Origin: Octopus bimaculoides
Lineage: Eukaryota
Reading direction: 5' to 3'
DNA: 56,854 nucleotides
Assembly (NCBI RefSeq): GCF_001194135.2
Contig: NC_068984.1
Coordinates: 128,056,381-128,113,234 of the forward strand
A model generated the notes under the pieces. That model did no database searches. It was not told the origin of the DNA and was given only the letters and a program-made list of their open reading frames with translations. How positions within the stretch are numbered: position 1 is the first letter of the stretch; each line of letters begins with the position of its first letter. Below are positions 24,705-38,304 of this stretch, in pieces. The position numbers and the translations under genes were made by a program.

Positions 24705-25718
24705 CNNNNNNNNNNNNNNNNNNNNNNNNNNNNNNNNNNNNNNNNNNNNNNNNNNNNNNNNNNNNNNNNNNNNNNNNNNNNNNNNNNNNNNNNNNNNNNN
24801 NNNNNNNNNNNNNNNNNNNNNNNNNNNNNNNNNNNNNNNNNNNNNNNNNNNNNNNNNNNNNNNNNNNNNNNNNNNNNNNNNNNNNNNNNNNNNNNNNNNN
24901 NNNNNNNNNNNNNNNNNNNNNNNNNNNNNNNNNNNNNNNNNNNNNGCTCGTGAAATTAACATGCAAGTGGCTGAGTACTCCACAGACATGTGTACCCTTA
25001 ACATAGTTCTCGGAGAGATTCAGCGTGACACAGTGTGACAAGACTGACCCTTTGAATTACAGGCACAACAGAAACAGGAAGTAAGAGTGAGAGAAAGTTG
25101 TGGTGGAACAGTACAGCAGGGTTCGCCACCATCCCCTGCCGGAGCCTCATGGAGCTTTAGGTGTTTTTGCTCAATAAATACTCACAATGCCCGGTCTGGG
25201 AATCAAAACCGCGATCCTATGACCGCGAGTCCGCTGCCCTAGCCACTGGGCCATTGCGCCTCCACTACAGTTGGTATACATAAGAGGCAAACAGAAAGAA
25301 ATACTTCAATGTAATTGTTCAGCTTGTTCCTAATGGTCAATTATTAAGTGATACATCATTAAGTGAGAGGCTATTTCACATACAAATAATGTTACTGATA
25401 ACTGTTACATTCTGAATGAGGAAAATAAGTGATATTTAATAATGAATGATAAAGCAACAGCTTGAGGGTATCAAATGATTTGATTAAAATAATTATTCAC
25501 AATAATAATAATGAATCAAATATTCTTCTGTTTATTTATTCCTTATTGTTTTGGGTTCATTACTCGACGTGATTTTGCCATTTGTACTTTGTTCAATAGC
25601 AGTAGAAGTCATTTGTTTTTCTTCGTAACTGTGTTGACAGTCTGAAAGTCCTTTAGTATTATGACAATGTGTGTGTGTGTGTGTGTTAGATTAGCTATTG
25701 TACATATATATATGTATA

Positions 25719-25770
<52 letters not shown>

Positions 25771-26401
25771 NNNNNNNNNNNNNNNNNNNNNNNNNNNNNN
25801 NNNNNNNNNNNNNNNNNNNNNNNNNNNNNNNNNNNNNNNNNNNNNNNNNNNNNNNNNNNNNNNNNNNNNNNNNNNNNNNNNNNNNNNNNNNNNNNNNNNN
25901 NNNNNNNNNNNNNNNNNNNNNNNNNNNNNNNNNNNNNNNNNNNNNNNNNNNNNNNNNNNNNNNNNNNNNNNNNNNNNNNNNNNNNNNNNNNNNNNNNNNN
26001 NNNNNNNNNNNNNNNNNNNNNNNNNNNNNNNNNNNNNNNNNNNNNNNNNNNNNNNNNNNNNNNNNNNNNNNNNNNNNNNNNNNNNNNNNNNNNNNNNNNN
26101 NNNNNNNNNNNNNNNNNNNNNNNNNNNNNNNNNNNNNNNNNNNNNNNNNNNNNNNNNNNNNNNNNNNNNNNNNNNNNNNNNNNNNNNNNNNNNNNNNNNN
26201 NNNNNNNNNNNNNNNNNNNNNNNNNNNNNNNNNNNNNNNNNNNNNNNNNNNNNNNNNNNNNNNNNNNNNNNNNNNNNNNNNNNNNNNNNNNNNNNNNNNN
26301 NNNNNNNNNNNNNNNNNNNNNNNNNNNNNNNNNNNNNNNNNNNNNNNNNNNNNNNNNNNNNNNNNNNNTATATATATGTAAAACAATCTCTGAATGATAT
26401 A

Positions 26402-26433
<32 letters not shown>

Positions 26434-26996
26434 GATAGATAGATAGATCTGTAACAGCTTATCTATTTTGAAATTTGACTCTCGAGATTCCAAAATCTCA
26501 GTCACCTATGCAATACGTGAAAAGACCTCTTCAAGACCTTTCAGAGTGAAGGAATAATAAAGACTTTCTATTGTTAAGTCTTCTTCTTCAGGTTTTCACC
26601 ATCATAATCATCCTCATAATCATCATCATCATCATCATTGTTATTGTTGTCGCTTGAATGTCCACTTTTCCATGCCTGTATAGATCGGACGAAACTCAAT
26701 GAGATGTATTTTCTATAAGTAGACGCCCTTCCTGTTGCCAACCCTTATCTGTTTCCAAACAAAGGTAATATTTCTCTTAGTCATTGAAACACTAACAGCA
26801 CAATGGCAGGACATCATGATTTCATAGAAGACTGCACACCAACAACACCATTTGTTTATTGGTGGTATTCACATAGAACCAGCATGCAATCTCAAGACAA
26901 GGAGGCATAAACACAAAGACTCATACACACACATACACACACACATACACACACATACATACTTACATACACATACACACATACATATGTATACAT

Positions 26997-27033
<37 letters not shown>

Positions 27034-27091
27034 ATTTAGATCCAAGGTAAATATGGTACTTAAGTTTAGGTACCAGAATTAAGTATGGTAT

Positions 27092-28435
27092 TCATCATCA
27101 TCATCGTTTAACGTCCACTTTCCATGCTAGCATGGTTTGGACGATTTGACTGAGGACTGGTGAAACCGGATGGCAACACCAGGCTCCAATCTAATTTGGC
27201 AGAGTTTCTACAGCTGGATGCCCTTCCTAATGCCAACCACTCAGAGAGTGTAGTGGGTGCTTTTACGTGTCACCCGCACAAGGGCCAGTCAGGCGGTACT
27301 GGCAACAGCCACGCTCAAAATGGTGTCTTTTATGTGCCACCCGCACAAGAGCCAGTCCAGGGACACTGGCAACGATCTCGCTCGAAAATCCTATGAAGGC
27401 CAGTCAGGCGGTACTGGCAATGGCCACGCTCAAANNNNNNNNNNNNNNNNNNNNNNNNNNNNNNNNNNNNNNNNNNNNNNNNNNNNNNNNNNNNNNNNNN
27501 NNNNNNNNNNNNNNNNNNNNNNNNNNNNNNNNNNNNNNNNNNNNNNNNNNNNNNNNNNNNNNNNNNNNNNNNNNNNNNNNNNNNNNNNNNNNNNNNNNNN
27601 NNNNNNNNNNNNNNNNNNNNNNNNNNNNNNNNNNNNNNNNNNNNNNNNNNNNNNNNNNNNNNNNNNNNNNNNNNNNNNNNNNNNNNNNNNNNNNNNNNNN
27701 NNNNNNNNNNNNNNNNNNNNNNNNNNNNNNNNNNNNNNNNNNNNNNNNNNNNNNNNNNNNNNNNNNNNNNNNNNNNNNNNNNNNNNNNNNNNNNNNNNNN
27801 NNNNNNNNNNNNNNNNNNNNNNNNNNNNNNNNNNNNNNNNNNNNNNNNNNNNNNNNNNNNNNNNNNNNNNNNNNNNNNNNNNNNNNNNNNNNNNNNNNNN
27901 NNNNNNNNNNNNNNNNNNNNNNNNNNNNNNNNNNNNNNNNNNNNNNNNNNNNNNNNNNNNNNNNNNNNNNNNNNNNNNNNNNNNNNNNNNNNNNNNNNNN
28001 NNNNNNNNNNNNNNNNNNNNNNNNNNNNNNNNNNNNNNNNNNNNNNNNNNNNNNNNNNNNNNNNNNNNNNNNNNNNNNNNNNNNNNNNNNNNNNNNNNNN
28101 NNNNNNNNNNNNNNNNNNNNNNNNNNNNNNNNNNNNNNNNNNNNNNNNNNNNNNNNNNNNNNNNNNNNNNNNNNNNNNNNNNNNNNNNNNNNNNNNNNNN
28201 NNNNNNNNNNNNNNNNNNNNNNNNNNNNNNNNNNNNNNNNNNNNNNNNNNNNNNNNNNNNNNNNNNNNNNNNNNNNNNNNNNNNNNNNNNNNNNNNNNNN
28301 NNNNNNNNNNNNNNNNNNNNNNNNNNNNNNNNNNNNNNNNNNNNNNNNNNNNNNNNNNNNNNNNNNNNNNNNNNNNNNNNNNNCCTGTTTGTTTACAGTG
28401 TTTATTGCACCTGAACATCTGCCACATACAAAAAC
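27092..28435 (-). mobile_element. RTE LINE copy (mostly gap)
   Basis: Same 3' UTR and (GAT)n tail; CGRCSGAIN segment beyond the gap. Confidence 0.75.
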
Positions 28436-28731
28436 TAACTTCATAGTTAATCTGCCTTTGATATTGCTTATCCATACAATTCCAAAATAAGGTGATTAAA
28501 ATCAAAATAAGCAACAAGGATATCCAAAGTTAATGCAGTACGATCGTTTCATGTGACTCCATTTATTTAAGCAATGTGAACATTACATCAAATGTAAAAT
28601 GCAAAGCAAACCTCAGCTGCACAAAGATATAGAAATTTACTGAGATTTCATTTCAACAGAAGGACATATTTTTGTAACTACATTTAAACTCTCCAACTAG
28701 AAAGGAAGAATACAAAAAATCATTTTGACTT

Positions 28732-28800
28732 AGCCAGACCATACAGGCTAGACCACACAGCCAGACCATACAGGCTAGACCACACAGCCAGACCATACAG
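28732..28800. repeat. 27-bp tandem repeat, about 2.6 copies
   Basis: Unit AGCCAGACCATACAGGCTAGACCACAC. Confidence 0.85.
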
Positions 28801-29792
28801 GACTATATATATATATATAACAACAATGGATGCCCTTCTGGTTATAGCTCCACATTCCCACCAGAGTAGGATCTACATTGGAGTACACTTGATTATAAGC
28901 ATCACAACCAGGCTCACCTGACCTCATTCTCAAATAGAACACCTAAAATGTCTACTTCTTATGTCTACATAAACACATTACCTCAAATCCCAGGATATTT
29001 CCTATACTTTGTCCTGGTCCATAGTCTGAAGGTGCCCCGTACAATGCTAACTATTGCATTTGTAAATTGTTTTAGGGATCTGCTCACAATCCTACACCAT
29101 TTTATTACCTCTTTACTCAACAGGTTTTCTGATGTAATCTTCTCTTGTAAGCATAAAATTTATTCCACATTTGCTTATTATGTAAAAATCTTTTAAATTT
29201 TTCTTAGTTGTGGTTAAATCTCTTCACTCATTAAGTATTAAAGCATCAGCTTACTTTATCCTCTTGGTATTTTCTCTTTCTCTCAACATATTCTCCTCCT
29301 CCACTACCTTCACACCCACTCCTTTCCCTCAGTGTTTATCTCTTCCTGCCTCTTTGTCTGGACAGTTGACATTCTCAACTGCTTTATTGTCTGCATCAAT
29401 TAATTTGACCACCCCTGATATTTGCTTTCACCAGGCTGGCTTTAACTCTATCTTTTCTCTTTCTCTCTTTGTTTGCCCTGTTCCCTCTCTGTTCCTTTTT
29501 TTTTATATTGTAGAAGTCATTCTTCCTCTCATCCTGGTTCTTTGATCTTGTACCACTTTTTTTTTCCTTTCAACCATCTCTATTTGCTAGCACTGCTATG
29601 TGAACCACATTTACCAATCTTCTCTTGATGAGGAGAGTCAGACTTATAGTAATATCTTCATGTGACTGGCACATTTCACCTGCAAATTATGATTGTTATT
29701 GACTACTATGTAACTCTGAACTTCCAGAAACAGCTGTCAAATTAAGAAACTATATATTTTCTTGTTTTATTTGGTATTTTTTGTGCTCCATG

Positions 29793-29826
<34 letters not shown>

Positions 29827-30089
29827 TCAAAGTGTATAATATCATATAGCCAAGCATAAAAGCATGGATATATATTTCAAGCTTAACTGTGTTTTATCTG
29901 TTTTACTACCTCTATGTATGTATGTATGTACATCGACTGTCAGCAATGTCTTTTATGTATACACGTTGTACTTAAAACATTAATCCATCTTTCTGGAAGA
30001 GAGAAACTTGAGTTTCTGATTCAATGAGGGTGAAAAAGAAAATAAATTGAAATGAGTAAGCTGATGGACATGGACAAGAAGAAGGTTTG

Positions 30090-30990
30090 TTGAGACAACA
30101 ACAATTACAACAACAATAAATGCAGTCTATTATTTATGCTGTTACTGTTGTTGTTGTTCAGCTTGCAGTGATTGTAGAAGCTGCTGTGATTGATTTTATA
30201 GTTTGTATTTGTTGTTATTGTTGTAGTTGTTTTTTGGGGTCTTTTTTTCTTGGAAATGGAAAGGACTATGTCTCTGTGGTATTTTATTGCAGTTGTTGTT
30301 GTTGCTGTTGTTGATGATGATGTTGTTGTTATTGTTGTTGTTTTGTTTGTTGTTGTTGTTGTTGTTGCTGCCAGGAAAATATATTTCATTGAATTCCAAA
30401 TTTACAGATATAAGTACAAGTACCCTTGAACTTCATTTTTATAGATAAATACTGGTGGTGGTGATGATGATGATGATGATGATGATGATGGTGATGATTA
30501 TGATGGCAAGCATAACATTGATGATGATGATGATGAGGATGATAATGATGGTGAAGATTATGATGGCAAGCATGATAACATTGATGATGATGATGATGCT
30601 GTTGGTGTCGGTGGTGGCCATGGCAGCCATGGCGGTGATGACAGTAATGATGGCAGGGGACGAAGCAGCAGCGGTAGCGACTGAAGGTGCAGCAATGATG
30701 ATGGGAACAGCAGCGGTGGTGACAGTGGTGGTAGCAACCACAGTGGGAGCAGCAGCAGTGGAGATGAGGTGGGGGGGGGGTAGTTGTGGCTGTTGTTGTA
30801 GTGGTGTGGTGGTGGTGGTAGTGGTACAAGGAGTATATAATGTGGAGTGAACAAGGGAAAAAGATGGTCAACAAGAATGGTGGGGAAGGAAGATGAGGGA
30901 CAGAAGAGAGAGGGGAGGAGAAAATAAATGAAAACACAAATGGTAGTGGTGGTGGTGGTGGTGTTGTTGTTGTTGTTGTTGTTGTTGNNN
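30090..30990. repeat. (TTG)n/(GAT)n/(GGT)n low-complexity field
   Basis: Direct inspection. Confidence 0.85.
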
Positions 30991-31719
30991 NNNNNNNNNN
31001 NNNNNNNNNNNNNNNNNNNNNNNNNNNNNNNNNNNNNNNNNNNNNNNNNNNNNNNNNNNNNNNNNNNNNNNNNNNNNNNNNNNNNNNNNNNNNNNNNNNN
31101 NNNNNNNNNNNNNNNNNNNNNNNNNNNNNNNNNNNNNNNNNNNNNNNNNNNNNNNNNNNNNNNNNNNNNNNNNNNNNNNNNNNNNNNNNNNNNNNNNNNN
31201 NNNNNNGTGGAAGGGAATCGTTGGGAGATTATTATAGAATGATAAAATTCTATTTGCAGTGTAACTAGTGGATTGTTATTTAAACAAACACAATCCTATT
31301 CACTCTATAAATGTTGAAATATTCCAGAAAAATATTCCACAATCTTCTCAGCACACAAAAATAAAATCAAAATAACAGTTGAAGATATTTTCAATAATGG
31401 CTGGTTTGCAGCTTTTGTTCAGTTTACATGTAGATTTGTAATCGTTTGGGAATTTTTATGAATTTTTCCTTATTATCTCAAACATTTTTCTTTTACATTT
31501 TTCAGTAAATCATCATATTTAACAATACGGCCGCAAAATTATCTTTCTGCATTGTACATATAATACCTGGGAAGAAATAGTGCAGTGTTCACATCTGAAC
31601 ACTGAGTTACAATAGTTAAGTCAACAACGTTGAAACCTGTTCATTTCTAATTCTACACAGCAGTTACTACGGGTTGTTTTCCAGCAGGATATATTCCAAC
31701 AAGATGTATTCCAACAGGA

Positions 31720-32050
31720 TTTCTTCACATTCCTTCTCTACTCTGTACAACAATTAATCAATAGGCTGTGTTCACATTCCTTCTATTCCCTATACAACAG
31801 TTAACCAATAGGATGTATTTGCACTCCATCTTTTCTCTACTTAACAGTTAACCCACAAGTTATGTTCACATTCCTTCTATTCTCTACACAGCAATTAATC
31901 AACAGGACATGTTCACTTTCGTTCTTTCCTTTACAAAACAATTAACTAATAGGGCATGTTCACATTCCTATTCTTCCCTACAAAACAATTAACAGAGAGA
32001 ATGTGTTCACATTCCTTCTATTCTTTATGCAACAATTAACCAATAGAGTA
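31720..32050. repeat. Degenerate minisatellite with an exact 47-bp period (about 7 units)
   Basis: CA(A/G)TTAA anchors at 31751, 31798, 31845, 31892, 31939, 31986, 32033. Confidence 0.85.
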
Positions 32051-32073
32051 TCAAGAAGTGGACTGACAGGAGG

Positions 32074-32450
32074 TTATTCCTGAGAGGTCAAGCTGAAATG
32101 TCAAATGTGTACATCACCTCTATCATATATTACCACCTGACGGTAATGCCTTGCTCCAGTTTTTGTCCAGCCAGATTAAATCCCCTGTTTTACTACTTTT
32201 ATTGGAAGGAATTGTTCCACTGATCTGGTAGTCCATCTGCTAACCAATGCCTACTGTACACATGCTTCTCTCTCTCTCTCTTGGCTGGATAACCATGTAC
32301 CTCTTCTACAGTAAGACACCTGATTCTGCCTCTCTGTTTCTTTGTCACACTATAACCTTTCATCATCTGCCACAAGATCCACTCCTCCAATGCCCTCTCC
32401 TCTCTCAAAATTCCCTGTCTTGCAAGTTACTTAGAGAACCTGCTAGTGTT
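32074..32450 (+). mobile_element. L1/Tx1-like LINE remnant
   Basis: LFLRGQAEMSNVYITSIIYYHLTVMPC..RL..LFYYFYWK resembles the post-RT segment of Tx1/L1. Confidence 0.5.
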
Positions 32451-32509
32451 GGTGCCATGTAAAAAATCATCCAGTTCACACTGTGAAGTGGTTGGCAATT
32501 AGGAAGGGC

Positions 32510-33730
32510 GTTTTTGTTTGTGACAGATGTTCAGGTGCAATAAAGACTGCAAACAAACAGGAAACAACTTCTATCTCATTCCAGGGTGAAAAACTAGAGG
32601 TAGTCGATAGCTTCCGCTATCTGGGCGACCAAGTTAGTAGTGGGGGTGGGTGCGCTGAAAGTGTAGCTGCTAGAATAAGAATAGCCTGGGCAAAGTTTAG
32701 AGAGCTCTTACNNNNNNNNNNNNNNNNNNNNNNNNNNNNNNNNNNNNNNNNNNNNNNNNNNNNNNNNNNNNNNNNNNNNNNNNNNNNNNNNNNNNNNNNN
32801 NNNNNNNNNNNNNNNNNNNNNNNNNNNNNNNNNNNNNNNNNNNNNNNNNNNNNNNNNNNNNNNNNNNNNNNNNNNNNNNNNNNNNNNNNNNNNNNNNNNN
32901 NNNNNNNNNNNNNNNNNNNNNNNNNNNNNNNNNNNNNNNNNNNNNNNNNNNNNNNNNNNNNNNNNNNNNNNNNNNNNNNNNNNNNNNNNNNNNNNNNNNN
33001 NNNNNNNNNNNNNNNNNNNNNNNNNNNNNNNNNNNNNNNNNNNNNNNNNNNNNNNNNNNNNNNNNNNNNNNNNNNNNNNNNNNNNNNNNNNNNNNNNNNN
33101 NNNNNNNNNNNNNNNNNNNNNNNNNNNNNNNNNNNNNNNNNNNNNNNNNNNNNNNNNNNNNNNNNNNNNNNNNNNNNNNNNNNNNNNNNNNNNNNNNNNN
33201 NNNNNNNNNNNNNNNNNNNNNNNNNNNNNNNNNNNNNNNNNNNNNNNNNNNNNNNNNNNNNNNNNNNNNNNNNNNNNNNNNNNNNNNNNNNNNNNNNNNN
33301 NNNNNNNNNNNNNNNNNNNNNNNNNNNNNNNNNNNNNNNNNNNNNNNNNNNNNNNNNNNNNNNNNNNNNNNNNNNNNNNNNNNNNNNNNNNNNNNNNNNN
33401 NNNNNNNNNNNNNNNNNNNNNNNNNNNNNNNNNNNNNNNNNNNNNNNNNNNNNNNNNNNNNNNNNNNNNNNNNNNNNNNNNNNNNNNNNNNNNNNNNNNG
33501 GCACATAAAAGACACCATTTCGAGCGTGGCCGTTTTCGTGCGGGTGACACGTAAAAGCACCCACTACACTCTCTGAGTGGTTGGCGTTAGGAAGGGCATC
33601 CAGCTGTAGAAACTCTGCCAAATCAGACTGGAGCCTGGTGTTGCCATCCGGTTTCACCAGTCCTCAGTCAAATCGTCCAAGCCATGCTAGCATGGAAAGC
33701 GGACGTTAAACGATGATGATGATGATGATG
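32510..33730 (+). mobile_element. 5'-truncated RTE-clade LINE (gap inside)
   Basis: RT segment LEVVDSFRYLGD..GGC...V.ARIRIAWAKFREL; 3' end ...GGACGTTAAAC(GAT)n. Confidence 0.85.
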
Positions 33731-35149
33731 ATTCAGCTGTAAAAACCATGCCAAAGCTGACCTTACCTGTGCTGGTGCCAGGTAAAAAGCACTCAGACCA
33801 CACCATGGGGAAATTATGAATGTCAAAGAGAATCAATTGTCAGATTTATCAGAAAGTTTTTGTTGCATATAAGATGGATCGGTCCATGTGAATCAACTGC
33901 TCCCCTCTCCTTAAAACTGCTTGTCAGGCCAAATGTCAGGAGGTATTTCACTGTGACTCTTATGTCCTGAGGTCAAATCCTGGATGAACTAAAATTCTAC
34001 TGAAATACAGGGATCAGTTTAATCTTTTGGCACCAACTCATCTGGAACTACTCTTTTCGTCTCTTCTAGCTCTTTAAATTCAGCTGAGGTTGATTTTGCC
34101 TTTCATCTTTTTAAGGTCGATAAATCAAGCCCTGGTGGGGGGAGGAGAGGTTGTCGATGTCATTTACTAACTCACTTCCATCAGAATTGCTACCCATGTG
34201 CCAAAATTTGAAAGCGTTACTAGAGTTTGATGGAATGGCAGAATTCATGGAGTGACAGACCAGCTATTTTTTTTCCCTTTAATTCAGTTTGGAGTCTAAA
34301 TGTGATGCCTGTGTGTGTGTGTGCGTGCGTGCGCGCGCGTGTGCATGCATGTGTGTGTGCATGTTTTGTTTGTGTGTGAGTGTGTTTGTATGTTTGTGTG
34401 CATGTGCATGTCTGTGTGCACATGTATTTTTATGTGTGCATGTGTACATGCATTTGTATGTGCATGTGTGCATATGTGTACATGCTTGTGTATGCGTGTT
34501 TGTGTGTGCATGTGTGTGTGCACATGTGTATGTGTGCAATGTTTTCAAATGTGCAAAGAATCTCCATCTATAGATATAAAAATAAAGGGTTGTTTGAGAG
34601 TGCATAGCTGTAAGGTATCTACAGCTCCTTTCATACACACATTGGAGGTTCCTGTTACTGCAAAGTAGACTTTTGACTGTAAAATGGAACACCAGCTACA
34701 CACATGCAATATATTACAGGGAAGATGCTCAGACAATAGGCAAGATCTCCCTAAAGGTTTTCCATTATTTGTTACCAACTGGGTCAGGTTTAAACACCTA
34801 AAAATATAAAGAAAAATCAATATTGTTCAGGTGAACCATTCTTTTCTGTTTTGGTAATCTAATTGTTTGTTTTCATCTTTTTCTTCTTCAGTTTCTAAGC
34901 TTTTTAAAAAGTCTCATAATGAATTCATTTTTTTCACCTATATAACACAACTTGACACTTATCTATAGCCAAAGATGGAAACTTTTAGAGAAAAAAAACT
35001 TGCATTTGTTAATAAAGCTAAAAAGTCCAGTGTTTTGTACTGTCTTAATTGGTCATAATATAGACAACAAATATGACCGCCTTAACCATCTTCTTTTATA
35101 TTCTTCCATCTCTTATCATGTATTTGTAAACAGTTGTTAATTATAGATT

Positions 35150-35700
35150 TTCAACAGGCCAGTCACTGAGTTCATTGCATTTCCAATGGCAAAAATAACA
35201 AGGAGTGTTTGCTCACACACCATTTAAAAGCTTATACTTTGTTGATGAAGATGCCTCTTGTGATAGTCCTTGGAAGTCTGTTCCAAATTCTGATAGTCAT
35301 GTGCAGAAGCCTCTCTCTAAAATGTGAACTTTTGGCATTGGGTGCTGAGAGGTTGTGTAAAGGCATGACTGTACTGACCCTAGTAAAACATATTTCATAC
35401 TACAGTTTTAGTATTGTTCTGAGCATTGATGGACTGTGTCTAGTTAGAATTTTGGGATCTGTTCAGTTTGGTGCACAGATTTAAAAAAAATTTTTAACCA
35501 AACAGTTTGAAACTTCATATACTGGTGGAATGTCTCATGCAGAACACGATTTACTTTGAACATTTTTCATAGTGGTCTAGTCCTCTATGCAGCTCTATCA
35601 CATATAGTGAATCCACCAGAAAGCTCACTTGCTATGCTGCGCTGGGGAACATTTCTAGAATTGATTTGCCTCTTGCAAAATGTTGCACATGTAAGACTAA
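35150..35700 (-). mobile_element. CR1/L2-like LINE 3' remnant
   Basis: HFRERLLHMTIRIWNRLPRTI..FK resembles the terminal WN.LP motif. Confidence 0.4.
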
Positions 35701-36972
35701 TGATAACTAATCAACTAACTCAATATATAATATGAAATTTTAAGTTCAATCCTTAGTTGTTTCAAAAACATTCAAACTTAAATCCCAAAATAGTCATGCA
35801 ACTGACCCCGACTCCTTAAATTTATGACCCTTGTGTCAAACATTGAAACCATTACTATTACTATTATATTGGTTTCAAATTTTGGCACAAGGCCAGCAAT
35901 GCCAGTAGAGGGGAAGCTGATTATATTAACTCCAGTGCTCAACTCGTACTTATTTTGTTGGCCCTGAAAGGATAAAAGGCAAAGTTGACCTCAATGGAAT
36001 TTGAACTCAGAAAGTAAAGACGGATAAAATGCTACTAAGTATTTTCACCCAGTGTGCTAATGGTTTTACCAGCTCCCTTAACCATACAACCTTTCCTGCA
36101 ATTAGGACGGTTTTGAAAAGTGAACCTGAATATATGATTGAAGGAGAGAATGATATAGAACATCTGTAACTTAGATAACTCAAATTAGAAAAAAAAAAGG
36201 TAAAAAACTGGCGACGTTTGCAAGGCCGGTAGATTAGAAAAGTAAGTTTTACATCCATTAGCAACAGTAATTATTAATTATAACTCAAACCAGCCAACAG
36301 AGGAGCTACTACAAGTCAATCATTCTGCTAGAAATATCAGCCAAATTTTCCTTCAAATTACTTAAATCTTGACATCTTTAAAAGAATGGACACACAAGAT
36401 AATTAATCCTCGATATCATCCTATTGTTTCTACCTACAAATTAAATGTCAAGTGGGAATATCTGGTTATAGATCAGAAGATAATCTGGAATAGACAAACA
36501 ACAAAAACAAATTATAACTCAAACTAACAAAAGCATTTTGAAATATTTTATTGAAAAATACATGCAGTGTGCATGCGCGTGTGTGTGTGTAAATAGGTGC
36601 AAGCATGGCTATGTGGCAAGAAGTTTGCTTCCCAACCACATGATACAGGTTCAGTCCCATTGTGTGGCACTTTGAGTAAATGTCTTCTATTATAGCCCTG
36701 GGCTGACCAAGGACATGTGATTGGATTTGGTAAACAGGAACTGAAAGAAGTTCATTGTATATATACATGTACATATCTGTGTGTGTGTGTGTCTTTGTAT
36801 TTATGTCTGTTCCCACCACCACTTGACAGCTGGTGTTGGTTTGTTTATGTCCCTNNNNNNNNNNNNNNNNNNNNNNNNNNNNNNNNNNNNNNNNNNNNNN
36901 NNNNNNNNNNNNNNNNNNNNNNNNNNNNNNNNNNNNNNNNNNNNNNNNNNNNNNNNNNNNNNNNNNNNNNNN

Positions 36973-37173
36973 TTCACCACTGTGGTTGTTTGGAACTCTG
37001 CATTGCATGTCCCAAGTGCAATTGGATACGTAACCACAACAGACCTCCAGACACTAAATCTCTGTTACATAATGCAATAAAGTCTTTCCATGACGATCTG
37101 TTGTGGTACAGCATCCAATTGTACTTGAAACTGAAACATACAATGCAGCGCTCCAAACAACCACAATGGTGAA
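36973..37173. repeat. Degenerate foldback, about 75-bp arms
   Basis: TTCACCA(C/T)TGTGGTTGTTTGGA..CAATTGGAT..CCACAACAGA on both arms. Confidence 0.8.
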
Positions 37174-37244
37174 ACGTACGTAGGAACAAATTAGATAAAC
37201 TTAGGAGAGTATTGTAGTTCGCTTGAAGCATTGTGTATTGTTTG

Positions 37245-37483
37245 TAAAGAATAAAAAGTTTAGAATGGTACAACAATGCACTATAGAACAAAAAATAGAC
37301 TATATACCTGTTGTAATTTGGTTATCTATAGTTTATAGCAGAGACTCCAGCAAAGAAGATCTGAAGAAGCAATTCTAATTCCGAAATATCATCGGACTAT
37401 AGATAACCAAATTACAACAGGTATATAGTCCATTTTTTGTTCCATAGTGCATTGTTGTACCATTCTAAACTTTTTATTCTTTA
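37245..37483. repeat. Inverted repeat, 88-bp arms (2 mismatches), 63-nt spacer
   Basis: 37245-37332 is the reverse complement of 37396-37483 except at two A/G positions. Confidence 0.92.
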
Positions 37484-38156
37484 TATAAACTTGTGTTTAT
37501 CATAATTTCTCTGACATTAGCTCAGTACATCATAACCAGTAATATTACTAAATACAGTAGTCAAACCATTGAAACCCTCATACTGGAAGCAGACAGAGTG
37601 ATGATTTTCTACATGGAGGTCTAAACTCAACAGTAGCTGTCACATCTAATGGTACATACAAGACATACTTTATATATATTGTATTTTAAGGAATCCTTTT
37701 TTGTCAAAAATTAGGTTAAAAAATATGGGAGCTTCTTATACATGGATAGTATTATAATCCCTTACAAAATCTTTTTTCAAAAATTAGGGGATTCCTTATA
37801 CATGTTAAAATATGGTAAACATTAAAAAAATAATGAGAAATACATGGAAAAGCTTTGTATTATCTAAAATCATTTATAGTCATTATAACATTACANNNNN
37901 NNNNNNNNNNNNNNNNNNNNNNNNNNNNNNNNNNNNNNNNNNNNNNNNNNNNNNNNNNNNNNNNNNNNNNNNNNNNNNNNNNNNNNNNNNNNNNNTTATT
38001 ACCGGCATAATGCCTCTGCCAAGGTTTAATTGTATATATATATATGTTATAATTTTATATTCAGATATACACTTTGTAATGTTCTGTTTAAAGCCCATTC
38101 ACAGTATTCGACTACCAGATGTCAATAACAGTGGGGAGGTATATGATGCACCACAA

Positions 38157-38162
38157 TTTATT
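38157..38162 (-). promoter_or_regulatory. Candidate proximal polyadenylation signal (AATAAA) of HEMK1
   Basis: TTTATT on the plus strand about 90 nt downstream of the stop codon; positional evidence only. Confidence 0.45.
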
Positions 38163-38252
38163 TCAACACTTCCGTTATTTAATTGGCAAGACATTAAAAC
38201 ATACTGAGTGATGAATATGAATTAGTAAATCAAAATAGACCTGCTGTTGGGC

Positions 38253-38304
38253 TTAATCTGGTCCTGAATCATCTTCAGTCCTCATAAAATGGAAGAAACG
38301 GTCT
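38253..38304 (-). CDS. HEMK1: HEMK1 terminal coding exon ([17 protein letters not shown])
   Basis: Phase-compatible acceptor tttcttgcAG; the D-RF motif closes the HemK fold; TAA at 38253-38255. Confidence 0.88.

Noticed and set aside
31720-32050. CRISPR-like periodicity
   Set aside because: Eukaryotic context, no cas genes, and divergence spread through the whole unit with no unique spacers.
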